Source of the DNA: Clostridia bacterium
GTDB taxonomy: Bacteria; Bacillota; Clostridia; UMGS1840
DNA length: 64,000 bases
Reading direction: 5' to 3'
Assembly: GCA_045638525.1 (NCBI GenBank)
Contig: JAZUBQ010000001.1
Span: 68,438-132,437, forward strand
The notes below the pieces were generated by a model. It was not told the DNA's origin, made no database searches, and worked only from the letters and a program-made list of their open reading frames with translations. Position numbers and translations under genes: made by a program. The stretch's first letter is position 1. Every line of letters begins with the position of its first letter. Shown piece after piece: positions 53,501 through 62,600 of this stretch.

Positions 53501-55408
53501 ACCGTCTGTCATTGACATTCTCAAACCGTACACACAAGCGGTATTGGAACCGGTGTTTGTTACGGTTACGGTGTTGGTGCCTTCTCTTAGGAACAGAAAT
53601 TCCATATCTTGCTGCTGGTCATCTGCCCAACAGGTGGTCTGCCAACTACCGCTTAAGTATTTATTTAACTCGGCATAGAAGCCGGTATCGGAAGATACTG
53701 TGAAGGTATGGACTCTGTTATCGCAAACATTTAAGTATGGATACACAAGTCCTGCTCCATTTTCGGAAACCTCTGCCTGCAAGGTTACACTTGCACCGGG
53801 AGTTAATTCCACATACTGACCTGCAGTATCGGTTTTCTCGCTGTAAGAGCCCGAGCCGCCAATCACATAGCTGTGAATACCGGTTGCAGTGCGTTCACCA
53901 AAGTAAGTATGTTCCGTAGCATACGGGATAAATGCAGTTTGCACACCGGAAAGCTTACTCATTCCGTTATCACTCAGTTCTTTGACGGTAGGAGTGATAT
54001 TGGTTTTATCTAAACTAAGTTTATTTTCGCCTTTGATCAGGTAAATCGCCTTGCTGCTTAAGAAGCCGGTGGTCGCAGTGGAGCCGGTTTCGGCAGTGGT
54101 GGTCAATGTGCTGGTGGAGCTGATGGTGTAAACCCCTGCATAAGGAGCATCATACACATACACAGCCGCCGGTGTTGCAGTGGGAGCCGCTGTTACAGTA
54201 GGGGTAACAGTCGGAGTGGGAGCTGCTGTGGGAGTTGCAGTTGGTTTCGGTGTCGCCGTAGGTTTTGCGGTCGGCGTTGCGGTGGGTTTTACTGTGGGAG
54301 TCGGAGTCGGCTTCACAGTAGGTGTAGGAGTTGATGCGGGTGCCTTGGTGGGAGTGGGTGTGGGACAGAATGTGGGAGTTGCTCCCTCTGCCGGCATATC
54401 TGCCACTTTTTTTACCAAAGGCATAAACTGCAAGGAATCAGAATCGGTTGCATCCAATCGACCAAAATCATAATCGGTGATGGTAACATCGGCATCCCCG
54501 ATATTGGTAATCACCACGGTATTTGCACCTTTTTTAAAGTACATAGGCTGATCTTCAAGATTATTCTGATTGTTAGACCAACCTGGATATTCCATAAAGA
54601 ACTCCCCGTAGTAATCACCGCTTACGGCACGGATTATCGCTGTGCCTTCGGGTAAAGCGGAAACATACATCTGCATTGCATACACACCGGTGTAGGGTGC
54701 GTTGAAGGTGTAGGTACCATAGTCACCGGGTTCCATGGTAAAGGAACCGGTTTTGATGTTTGACTCGTTTGCGGAGTAAGCACCGGTAAAATCGGTAGCA
54801 GTAAATGCACCATAGTATCCGTTAAAGCCGGATTCCCAATTTGCATTTCCCCACCAGGTGATGGTTTCTTTTTCCACGTAATCGGAGGCGGAGCCGCTTC
54901 CGACAGAAGATGATAAAATCAGCTTACGATAGTTAAAATATCTGCTTGAGGTATTGTTGATAACAATTTCGTTTACCCCTTCATTTAAGTAGAAGGAGCA
55001 AAGATTGGTTAATTTGGAAAATTCCAAAATATCACCACTGGACGGCAGCGACACATTGTAGCCGATTCCGTTTACTTTCACAGTGATGGATGTTTTTGCG
55101 GAAGTTGCCGCATCCATCGCCAGGGAGTAAGTACCTGCAGTTTCCACATTGAAACGGTAGGTCAGCCATTCGGAAGAAAGCATTTCCACAAAGGTACCGT
55201 AGTTTCCGCTACACACTTCTACAGGGAAATACTTTTTCAAATACCAGGTCTGGTCAAAACCATTGGGAGAAGTATCTTTATATTCTCCCTGGGTTAAGCT
55301 GAAGTCGGTTGCTAAAATGCTGATTTCTGTGTAAGCATACACGGATAATCCCGCAAGCATACTACACAACATTGCAATTACAAGAATTGCAGACAATAAC
55401 TTTTTCAT
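50552..55408 (-). CDS. Giant secreted protein P3 (1618 aa): N-terminal CBM-like module, 1 type-A module, 73-aa PT linker, 1 type-B module, then the CBM-like/helical-Ig/beta-helix chassis
   Basis: The signal peptide ends in GLSVYA. The module order was read directly from the translation. Beta-helix motifs include NIFRRISQEF and HHNDIKHLPYSGICIGWGWGY. Confidence 0.75.
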   Translation of the reverse strand: MKKLLSAILVIAMLCSMLAGLSVYAYTEISILATDFSLTQGEYKDTSPNGFDQTWYLKKYFPVEVCSGNYGTFVEMLSSEWLTYRFNVETAGTYSLAMDAATSAKTSITVKVNGIGYNVSLPSSGDILEFSKLTNLCSFYLNEGVNEIVINNTSSRYFNYRKLILSSSVGSGSASDYVEKETITWWGNANWESGFNGYYGAFTATDFTGAYSANESNIKTGSFTMEPGDYGTYTFNAPYTGVYAMQMYVSALPEGTAIIRAVSGDYYGEFFMEYPGWSNNQNNLEDQPMYFKKGANTVVITNIGDADVTITDYDFGRLDATDSDSLQFMPLVKKVADMPAEGATPTFCPTPTPTKAPASTPTPTVKPTPTPTVKPTATPTAKPTATPKPTATPTAAPTPTVTPTVTAAPTATPAAVYVYDAPYAGVYTISSTSTLTTTAETGSTATTGFLSSKAIYLIKGENKLSLDKTNITPTVKELSDNGMSKLSGVQTAFIPYATEHTYFGERTATGIHSYVIGGSGSYSEKTDTAGQYVELTPGASVTLQAEVSENGAGLVYPYLNVCDNRVHTFTVSSDTGFYAELNKYLSGSWQTTCWADDQQQDMEFLFLREGTNTVTVTNTGSNTACVYGLRMSMTDGSDGVKNNAIWGPQINLQNLKVLSETAEPTPTPVPTATPVPTTTPIPTVAPTMTPNPVNPDVSDRVMRTVYEAENYKSGSLSKTTYNGASVAKATSESSVTYEVTVEEDTIYNLYMKGAAWKDVSFDIALDGTVYYYKTSHFQSDRNATFSYNEECVATFPLAKGTHTIGFTFYCDTYYFDSFTLEDTYSKKYQILYGIKDIATSQGIYEALLSSGDYIYIDVEADTLELACPEMAFWGMVGKDYQTPAQLKDLYESVLADELENPTVRIKNASNVSVSDLPAGRSTVTVDCADIPKNTSLVLALYKGAKLAQIPQVQNSTSTTVSFSLSDVEAGSELKIFAITNLEELTPYTSSGTYMDFYVSTEGSSSNTGTSPDAPLATLVQALNKVKNVNSQMTGDIVIHIAPGVYRSNVTLEIDPTMSGKNGYKVIIQGDDPGNRPVLSGGESLTGKWSKVSGKNYWVASTTTRETRALYVNGYQAVLARSNDIYAGEYITPTNPKNDKHVVDGLKVRLASYPNISRDLAGETRLQVVYNLAWTNQRFPIDSVTYDSNYAYINATYPYYNAYLLGGHTDTVVPKEGRGFYLENAMALLDEPGEFYFDKTNRKMYYYPYANEDMKNAQTYCAVTDVLLTVNGSSMTNCVENLEFKNISFKHGAWDDATTYGAAFNQTDELRRGTETGYSQHLMNAQIQVNYANALVFDGCEFAELGSSAMYLIEGVTNSKVINCDFHDISGGGVSVSNFLHNSNYTGGGRCKNIEIGNNIFRRISQEFMNLPAVAAYYADSVNVHHNDIKHLPYSGICIGWGWGYYEPSDTGNHIVSYNKITEVCQVLDDGAQIYTLGDQKNMHLNDNYLINPGNYRRGGVYFDEGTGYISMCDNVVEGANDSNDYWLFARKYVNLNDNYAAYNHTDGGDPKRFSTFPLDTSGVTYTGNNINQTSWKTTALRIMAEAGVEDKTRVAKVDYYPSWRVLPMFHIPDAAIID
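54165..54382 (-). repeat. Long Pro/Thr/Lys/Ala linker (about 73 aa) in P3 with internal periodicity (TPTPTVKP, TATPTAKP and similar)
   Basis: The translation reads TPTFCPTPTPTKAPASTPTPTVKPTPTPTVKPTATPTAKPTATPKPTATPTAAPTPTVTPTVTAAPTATPA. The plus strand shows repeated ggtgt/ggagt/gggagt units. Confidence 0.85.
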
Positions 55409-55791
55409 AAATCCTAATGCCCTTTCTTTGGGTATTTGCCGGAATTTCTGTAAGTCAGTTCATTGATGTCGCAATTCTACAGAGGAAAAACTCTCTGAAT
55501 CATTTGTCTGAAATCACCTGTAGAATTTCAGAGAAATTTTCCTCAATAGAGTTACTTTGTTGTCTAAAGAATCGGGAAAATTCACCCATCTCTTAACATT
55601 CGGGTCGGCAGGAGCACAACACTCCTGCCGAGTCCCTCTTGTTTGTTTTGGTTATCTTAATTGGGTGCAAGAAAACAGATACAGAATCTGGAAACCGAAT
55701 CAAGGCTTTGCCTTGACAAGCCCGAAGCTGTACTTATGTGTACAGCGAGCGGTGAGGTTTGCAGATTGTGCGCTGTTTTATCAGCCCTCTC

Positions 55792-58700
55792 TTAGAATAC
55801 GGGTTTTAAGCCGTCGAAGTTATCCCAAACAAATACTTTGATAACGTCGCCGTCTTCGGGGATGTAGTCATATAAAGTAGCTTCCACAGGAACATAAGAA
55901 CCGGTAGCTTCTTCATAGTCTAAGTAGCCTTCACCCATCATGTATAACTGATCACCTGCGTAAACTGCAACCAGTACGGTGGTGCCAACTTCGTTCCAGT
56001 CACCAACCTGAACGGTGTAAACCAGGTTACCGGTACCATCGTCAGCAACGGCAATCATATCTTTTGCAAAGTTGTATGCGTATTTAATATCTTCGTAGGT
56101 TTCGTACGCACCGTTTTCCAACATTGCACAGTTTAATAATGCATTGTATGCATATTCAGGATAAATGAAGTCAGTTTCAACATCTGCACCGAGGTCATCA
56201 GCCAATACATCTGCATATTCTTCCAAGATGTCAGCGATATCTTCGGTGGAGCCTGCTCCCTGCATAGCTGCCAACAGTAAGTCCTGACGAGTTACGGTGG
56301 TGAACTCGAAACCATGGAGGTGAGTTAACATCATAGAGTTGGAACCAACATCACCATTTTCGGTGAAGGTGAAGGTTAAGATGTAGTCACCTGCATCCAG
56401 GTATACTTTTTCTTCAGTTAAAGTAACGCTGTTGGACTGATCCTGGTTACCAAAATAAGGAGTCTGTCCATCGAATAAAACGATGTCATTCATGCCTGTT
56501 TTTGACAGGGTTACATTAATGGTAGCAGTCAACGGAACGGTACCGCTCATAATTAAACCATATTCACTGGAAGAAGGAATAGTTACTGCATACTGTTTTA
56601 CTTCGGTGTTTGCAGAAGAATCAGTAGTGCTTCCGATGTGAATCCCGTAGTAGTTATTTCTTACGGTGTATTGCGGAATGTCTTTTGCAGATTCGGGAGC
56701 ACCAACGAAGTTGTGACCCTGAACAAATAATCTGGGAAGCAGACCGGTGCTGTCTTCCAGATAGGAGAACAAGATTCTCTGTAAGTACATCCAGCCACCG
56801 CCCATATTCTGAACCCAAACAGAGTTTACGCCTTCTTCTAAGTAAATAGCGTCACCCATTACGGTTCTGTAGTTATCGGGGCTTGCAGGATGTTTTACGG
56901 TGGAGATAGAATTTTTGGTTTCTACATTAATGGTAGCTTCTGAGCCATAAACAGCTGCAGTAGTATAAACCTGATAGTAACCTGCAGTTGTTGCAGTTAC
57001 TTCAAATCTCTGCCAGCAGCCTGCCAGTAACTGACAACCGATAACACTACCGGTTACAGGAGTATCGGATGCATAAGAGTAGAAGTCGTAGTTTTTGCCA
57101 CCTTCGGTTAAGGTATCGGTGTAAGGATTGATTACTAAGTCAGCGGGAGGAGTTTTGGTTAAGTCATCCATGGTGATGGTTGCTTTTTCTTCTTCGCTTA
57201 ACAGTTTGAATTCTAAGTTCCACAGAACGTGGTGAGTACCACCTGCGGTAACAGAAACTTTGTTGATACCTTCTTTTAAGTATACATACTGGTATTCGCC
57301 GTTTGCATCGGTTGCTCTCCAAGCACCCCAGTCATCAACGTTAGAGGTAGCCAACTGTGCACGGTAACCTTCATCACCGTCGGTATCGATGGTAACAACG
57401 GGGAACACAGGACCAACGGTACCACCGATTTTTGCCTGTACTCTATAGATACCGGGGAATGCACATCTTACATCATAGGTCATGGAAGAACCAGCGTACT
57501 GAACAACTGCTTCGTATGCACCATACTGATAGAAACCGCTGTCGTTGGTTCTGTCGGTGTATACTCTGGGAACTAAATCGATGGGCGCTTCGGGAGCGTC
57601 GTTTACGTTTTTGTTCTGATTTAAATAATCTTCAGAATTGTTTAACTGATAGAAGGTTGCGTTTACAAATTCAACGTCACCGGTAGCTTTGATTACGTTA
57701 TCGCCTTCTGCTAAATAGATGTAAGCAGGAGTGAAATCAGAATAATCAAAGGTTACATAGTCTAATGCTTCGGTGGTTAAAGTTAAAGTGTTGCCGTCTG
57801 CTACATCAGCGTATACTAAGTACATGCCTGCTGCAGGAGCGGTTACAGTGTAATTTACCCAAACATCGTCTAAATCAATACCATTTTCGGTATAGGGGAT
57901 GGGCATAATGTATTCATTGTAGTTTAAAGCGCCGATGGTGCCATCGTAGCCTGCGAAACCTGCAAATTCGTCAACCATACCGTTCCAGCCTTCAGGATCA
58001 ACACCTGCAGGATTTTCAGCAGTGCCAACGTACTGCAGTAAGCTCATAGAATCGGTAATTTTACCGAAGTCATTGTTTTCGTAGGTTGCACCGTATCTGC
58101 CAACGTTGGAAATGGTGATTTCGTTTGCACCTGCCTGCAGGTAAATCAAATCGTCACCATTGAAGCCGTTAGAGTTGGACCAGGTGGTAACCCAGGTACC
58201 GCGGTTGGGGATTTTATGCTGAGAATAGTAAGGCACACCGTTAACGATGTTTTCCATCTGTAAGGTGGTTGCACCTTCTGCAGAAGATGCTTTTACCTGT
58301 GCACCGTAAACACCTTCTTCTGCAACAGTTACAGTATAGGTTACGGCAGCACCGGGTGCTAAATAAACAGCATTTGCCTGACCTTTGTTGGGGATAGAGG
58401 TAGAACCTTCGGTTCCCCAGTCAGTACCGAATAATTCAGTACCTTCGTCAGAAGACATATTCATGGAGTATGCATCAATATAGAGTGCATCTGCATCAAA
58501 GTTTACGTCGGGATGATTTTCAACCACGCCGTCCCATCCTTCAGGGAAGTACGGCTTAGCAGTCGGTTCGGGAGTCGGTTCGGGAGTCGGTTCGGGAGTG
58601 GGAACTACCAAATCGTCTGCTAATTTTACTAAAGGTAAAAAGTCTAAGGATTTTTCTGCGCTGGTTGCATTTAAAGCACCAAAGTCGATGGAGCTAATAC

Positions 58701-59199
58701 CACCGTTATTGCTACCAACCAGCTGATATTTCAGCACGTTGATACCTTCTTTTAAGTACATGGGCTGGTCCTGTTTACAACCGGAAGACCAGCTGGTTGC
58801 GGTGATTTTGTATTCTGCCGCATAGCCTTCGTCACTGGTTACATGCATTACAAAGGGGAAACCATTTGTCCATTCGGTTTTCAGCTGCATTGCATATACG
58901 CCGGTATAAGGCATATCAACAACGATGTACGCCCAGTCGCCTGTTACCATGTTGAACGTACCGTTTGCACCCCAGGGATCGTCTGAGGATGCCTGATAGT
59001 CAACGCCTGCTTCAGCAGCGTCGCCGTTGCGGATTGCTGCTTTGATGTTTTCTACGGTTGAAACATAGGTACCATTCTGATAGGTCGCAGGCAGATCTTT
59101 GAATGCGCCCGGCCAGGAGGGAGCTGCGTTAACACTGATTGCACTTACCATTGACAGTAACATGCACAGTGCTAAACAAACACTTACAATTTTTTTCAT
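55792..59199 (-). CDS. Giant secreted protein P4 (1135 aa): 1 type-A module plus a roughly 920-aa multi-beta-sandwich tail shared with P5; no beta-helix
   Basis: The signal peptide ends in AISVNA. The type-A module is followed by a PTPEPTPEPTPEPT linker. The tail begins YFPEGWDGVVENHPD and ends VFVWDNFDGLKPVF. Confidence 0.75.
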   Translation of the reverse strand: MKKIVSVCLALCMLLSMVSAISVNAAPSWPGAFKDLPATYQNGTYVSTVENIKAAIRNGDAAEAGVDYQASSDDPWGANGTFNMVTGDWAYIVVDMPYTGVYAMQLKTEWTNGFPFVMHVTSDEGYAAEYKITATSWSSGCKQDQPMYLKEGINVLKYQLVGSNNGGISSIDFGALNATSAEKSLDFLPLVKLADDLVVPTPEPTPEPTPEPTAKPYFPEGWDGVVENHPDVNFDADALYIDAYSMNMSSDEGTELFGTDWGTEGSTSIPNKGQANAVYLAPGAAVTYTVTVAEEGVYGAQVKASSAEGATTLQMENIVNGVPYYSQHKIPNRGTWVTTWSNSNGFNGDDLIYLQAGANEITISNVGRYGATYENNDFGKITDSMSLLQYVGTAENPAGVDPEGWNGMVDEFAGFAGYDGTIGALNYNEYIMPIPYTENGIDLDDVWVNYTVTAPAAGMYLVYADVADGNTLTLTTEALDYVTFDYSDFTPAYIYLAEGDNVIKATGDVEFVNATFYQLNNSEDYLNQNKNVNDAPEAPIDLVPRVYTDRTNDSGFYQYGAYEAVVQYAGSSMTYDVRCAFPGIYRVQAKIGGTVGPVFPVVTIDTDGDEGYRAQLATSNVDDWGAWRATDANGEYQYVYLKEGINKVSVTAGGTHHVLWNLEFKLLSEEEKATITMDDLTKTPPADLVINPYTDTLTEGGKNYDFYSYASDTPVTGSVIGCQLLAGCWQRFEVTATTAGYYQVYTTAAVYGSEATINVETKNSISTVKHPASPDNYRTVMGDAIYLEEGVNSVWVQNMGGGWMYLQRILFSYLEDSTGLLPRLFVQGHNFVGAPESAKDIPQYTVRNNYYGIHIGSTTDSSANTEVKQYAVTIPSSSEYGLIMSGTVPLTATINVTLSKTGMNDIVLFDGQTPYFGNQDQSNSVTLTEEKVYLDAGDYILTFTFTENGDVGSNSMMLTHLHGFEFTTVTRQDLLLAAMQGAGSTEDIADILEEYADVLADDLGADVETDFIYPEYAYNALLNCAMLENGAYETYEDIKYAYNFAKDMIAVADDGTGNLVYTVQVGDWNEVGTTVLVAVYAGDQLYMMGEGYLDYEEATGSYVPVEATLYDYIPEDGDVIKVFVWDNFDGLKPVF
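58561..58608 (-). repeat. Three perfect 12-nt units agtcggttcggg (plus one degenerate unit) encoding PTPEPTPEPTPEPT in P4
   Basis: Read directly from the sequence. The same 12-mer family occurs in P5 (63111-63183) and P1 (45002-45040). Confidence 0.9.
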
Positions 59200-59604
59200 A
59201 ACTTTGATGTCCTTTCTTTTTTTGATATTATATTATTTTTTTTCAAAAAAGAAAATATGAGAACATCGTAAAAGCTGTAACACTCTGGTTGTAAAAAAGC
59301 ATTGTTGATACTTTGTTCATCTTTACGATTATTTCATGTTTCCAAATGAAATTTCAGAGTGGTCCCGGCAGAGGAAATCCTCTGCCGGAGCCTTTTTTTA
59401 GTTTTTAAGCCGTTTTCTTTCAATCGGGTGCAAGAAAACAGATACAATTTTTTGACATTTGCACCATTTCCTATAGTGCCAAAAATCAAACTATATTTTG
59501 CAAACCGAACACCCGATGGGTGGTAATATTCCCGAAGGCGTACCGTTATGCTGCATGCAATGCTACGTCGAGTGATGAGGTTTGCGAAATAGAGGAAGAT
59601 TTTT

Positions 59605-62600
59605 TTAGAATACGGGTTTTAAGCCGTCGAAGTTATCCCAAACGAATACTTTAATGGTATCGCCTGTTTCAGGAATGTAGTCATATAAAGCAGCTTCCAC
59701 GGGAACATAAACACCGTTAGCTTCTTCATAGTCTAAGTAGCCTTCGCCCATCATGTACAGCTGACCATTTTCTGCGTAAACAGCAACCAGTACAGTGGTG
59801 CCAACTTCATTCCAGTCACCAACCTGAACGGTGTATACCAAGTTACCTGCTCCGTCGTCAGCAGCTACGATCATGTTTTTCGCAAAGTCATATGCGTATT
59901 TAACATCTTCGTAGGTTTCGTATGCGCCGTTTTCCAGCATTGCACAGTTTAACAGTGCATTGTATGCATATTCAGGGTAGATAAAGTCAGTATCGGGAGT
60001 TACGGTGATGTCAGAAGTTAATACATCTCTGTATTCTTCTAATGCAGCTTTAACATCTTCAGTAGTTGCTACAGCCTGCATAGCAGCTAAGAACATATCC
60101 TGACGAGTTAAGGTAGTGAATTCAAAGCTGTGAATGTGATTCATCAGAATGGATTCAGAACCTGCGTCTGCATTTTCGGTTAATTCGAAGATCATGGTGT
60201 ATTCACCAGCTTCTAAGTAGGTTTTTTCTTCAGTGATGGTTACGCTGGAAGCTTCATTTTCGTTACCGAAGTAGGGCAGTTCGCCGTCTACCATAACGAA
60301 ATCTTCAGAACCGTTGGTTAAAGTGATTTTAACTGTGGGAGTCAGCGGAACGGTACCGGTCATAATGATACCATATTCAGCATTTGCGGGGATGGTTACA
60401 TTGTAGGTATAAGTTAAAGTATTAGCGGTTGCATCAGTAGTGTTTGCTACGTGGATACCCATGTAGTTGTTTCTTACGGTATATTCGGGAACCTGAGTTA
60501 AATCATCAGATGCACCGATGTAATCAAAGCCCTGAATAAATACGCCGGGTACGATTGCAGAAGTATCTTCAACATATGTTAAAGAAACAGATTTCAAGAA
60601 TACCCAACCGGGACCATCACAACGAACCCAAACGGAGTTTACACCTTCTTTTAAGGTGATGTAGCTACCGGTAGATTCTTTGTAGAATGCAGCAGCGGTA
60701 TCGTATTTGGTGGTTCCTTTGGAGTCGATGGTTTCTACAGAAATCACAACACCATCATCGCCGGTAACATATGCCATAGTGCTGATCTGGTAAGTACCTG
60801 CTACTTTTGCATCCACTTCAAATCTCTGCCATTCGCCGGACAGCAACTGAGTACCGTGACCTTCACCAATGGGAGGAGTATCCTGGCTGTAGAAGTGGTA
60901 GTCAAAGCCCATACCGTTTGCAGTTAAGGTATCGGTATAAGGACTAATGGTAATCGGTCTGGGAGGAGTCAGTTTACAATCATCAATGGTGATGGTTGCT
61001 TTTTCTTCTTCGGTCAACAGACAGAAGTTCAAGCTCCACAGTTCGTGGTGAGTGGAACCAGCGGTAACTTCTACATGGTTGATACCTTCAGTTAAGTATA
61101 CATACTGGAATGCACCGTCAGCATCGGTATTTACCCAGATGGGAGAAGGAGCGTTGGTTGCTAACAGCTGTGCACGATAACCGTCATCGCCATTGGTGTC
61201 GATGGTAATAGTGGGATATTGGTCACCGGTAGTGCCGCCAACAGTACCGCCGATTCTTGCAGCAACTCGGTAGATACCGGGGAATAAAACGTTTACATCG
61301 TAAGCAACTTTGGAACCGCCACCCTGAACGATAGCAGCGCCTTCGGTGTCATACTGATACTGATACCAGTAACCTTCAGAAGCACTCATATCTTTCATCG
61401 GATTGATTTCGATTTCAAAAGCTTCTTCCGGTAAGAATGTGCTGTTTTGTCTCTGAGATTCATATTCTTCAGAGTTGTTTAACTGATAGAAGGTAGCAGA
61501 AGTGAATTCAGAGCCGGATTTACCGGTTACGGTAACAACGTTGTCACCTTCTTCTAAGTAAATGTACTGTACAGGAGCACCGGTAGAAGTAAAGTCTACA
61601 TAGTCACCGGTTGCAGTTTCTAAATGTACATTACCTAAAGTTTCAGCTTCTACCAGATACATACCTGCTTCAGGAGCAGAAACAGTGTAGTTAACCCATA
61701 AATCATCAGCAAAAGTTACGCCGTTTTCGCTGTAAGGCAGATAGTATTCTAAAGTATTATAAACATTAGGTACAGATTGAACACCGTAGGTCCAGGGATT
61801 GATATCCGGATTCCAGTCGGGCCAGCCAACTAAAGAACCGGTCCAACCTTCAGGATTGGTACCATCAGGATTTTCCACAGTACCAACATACTGGAAGTAA
61901 TCGTCAGTGTTTTCTAAGGGTAAAATGTCGAATTCATAGAAGAGAACACCGCCGGGACCTGCATTGTATACAGTGATTTCATTGGTGCCTTCCAGCAGAT
62001 AAATGAAGTCGTCACAGTAGGTGTTGTAAGACCATTCTTTACCCCAACCACGAGGTGCGATATTATGCTGAGTAATATAATCTACGCCGTCAACATTGTT
62101 AATCAGCTGCAGAGCAGAAGAAGCGTAGCTAGCCTGACCGTAACGTACTAAAGAAGCATAAGTTCCGGTATAAGGAATGTTTTCTAAAGTATAAGTTAAA
62201 GAAGAACCTGCGGGTAAGAAGATTGCATCTTCATAACCTTTGTTTAATACGTCGCCGGTTTCGCCTTCAAATCCCCAGTCAGTACCCAGTAATTCCATAC
62301 CGTCGTCAGAAGACATGTTGGGAGCGAATGCGTCAATGTAGAGAGCGTCTGCATTGTCGTTATAGTCGGGATGATTTTCAACAACACCGTCCCAACCTTC
62401 AGGGAAATAGCCGTAGTCAACGGTTTCATATTCGCCGTTGTATACTTTTAAGTTTGCTAAATTCAGAGCGGTACCCCAGGTTGCATGGTCTTTTAATTCG
62501 CCAACACTGTGTAATTTAATGTTGGTGATGAAAACGGTGCCTTCACCGATATTTTCTAAAGTAATAACGTTGGAACCGTTTCTTACATACAGCATTTCTA

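Noticed and set aside
54180-54473. A plus-strand ORF encoding a striking Gly/Val repeat protein (MGAAVTVGVTVGVGAAVGVAVGFGVAVG...). Similar GV-rich ORFs occur at 53337-53678, 48622-48828 and 49786-50019.
   Set aside because: These are the antisense reading of the Pro/Thr linker codons of P3 and P2 (ACN/CCN reads as NGT/NGG on the opposite strand). They have no RBS and lie entirely inside much longer, well-supported minus-strand genes.
55557-55841. A 94-aa plus-strand ORF in the P4-P3 intergenic region.
   Set aside because: It spans a hairpin and repeat region and runs into the antisense of the P4 stop. It has no RBS and shows no homology features. The region is better explained as UTR and regulatory RNA.
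55792-60010. A possible diversity-generating retroelement, with the near-identical 3' ends of P4 and P5 acting as template and variable repeats.
   Set aside because: There is no reverse transcriptase ORF in the window. The differences between the two copies are not adenine-specific and extend along the whole gene. Both copies are coding and sit in tandem, which ordinary paralogy or gene conversion explains better.
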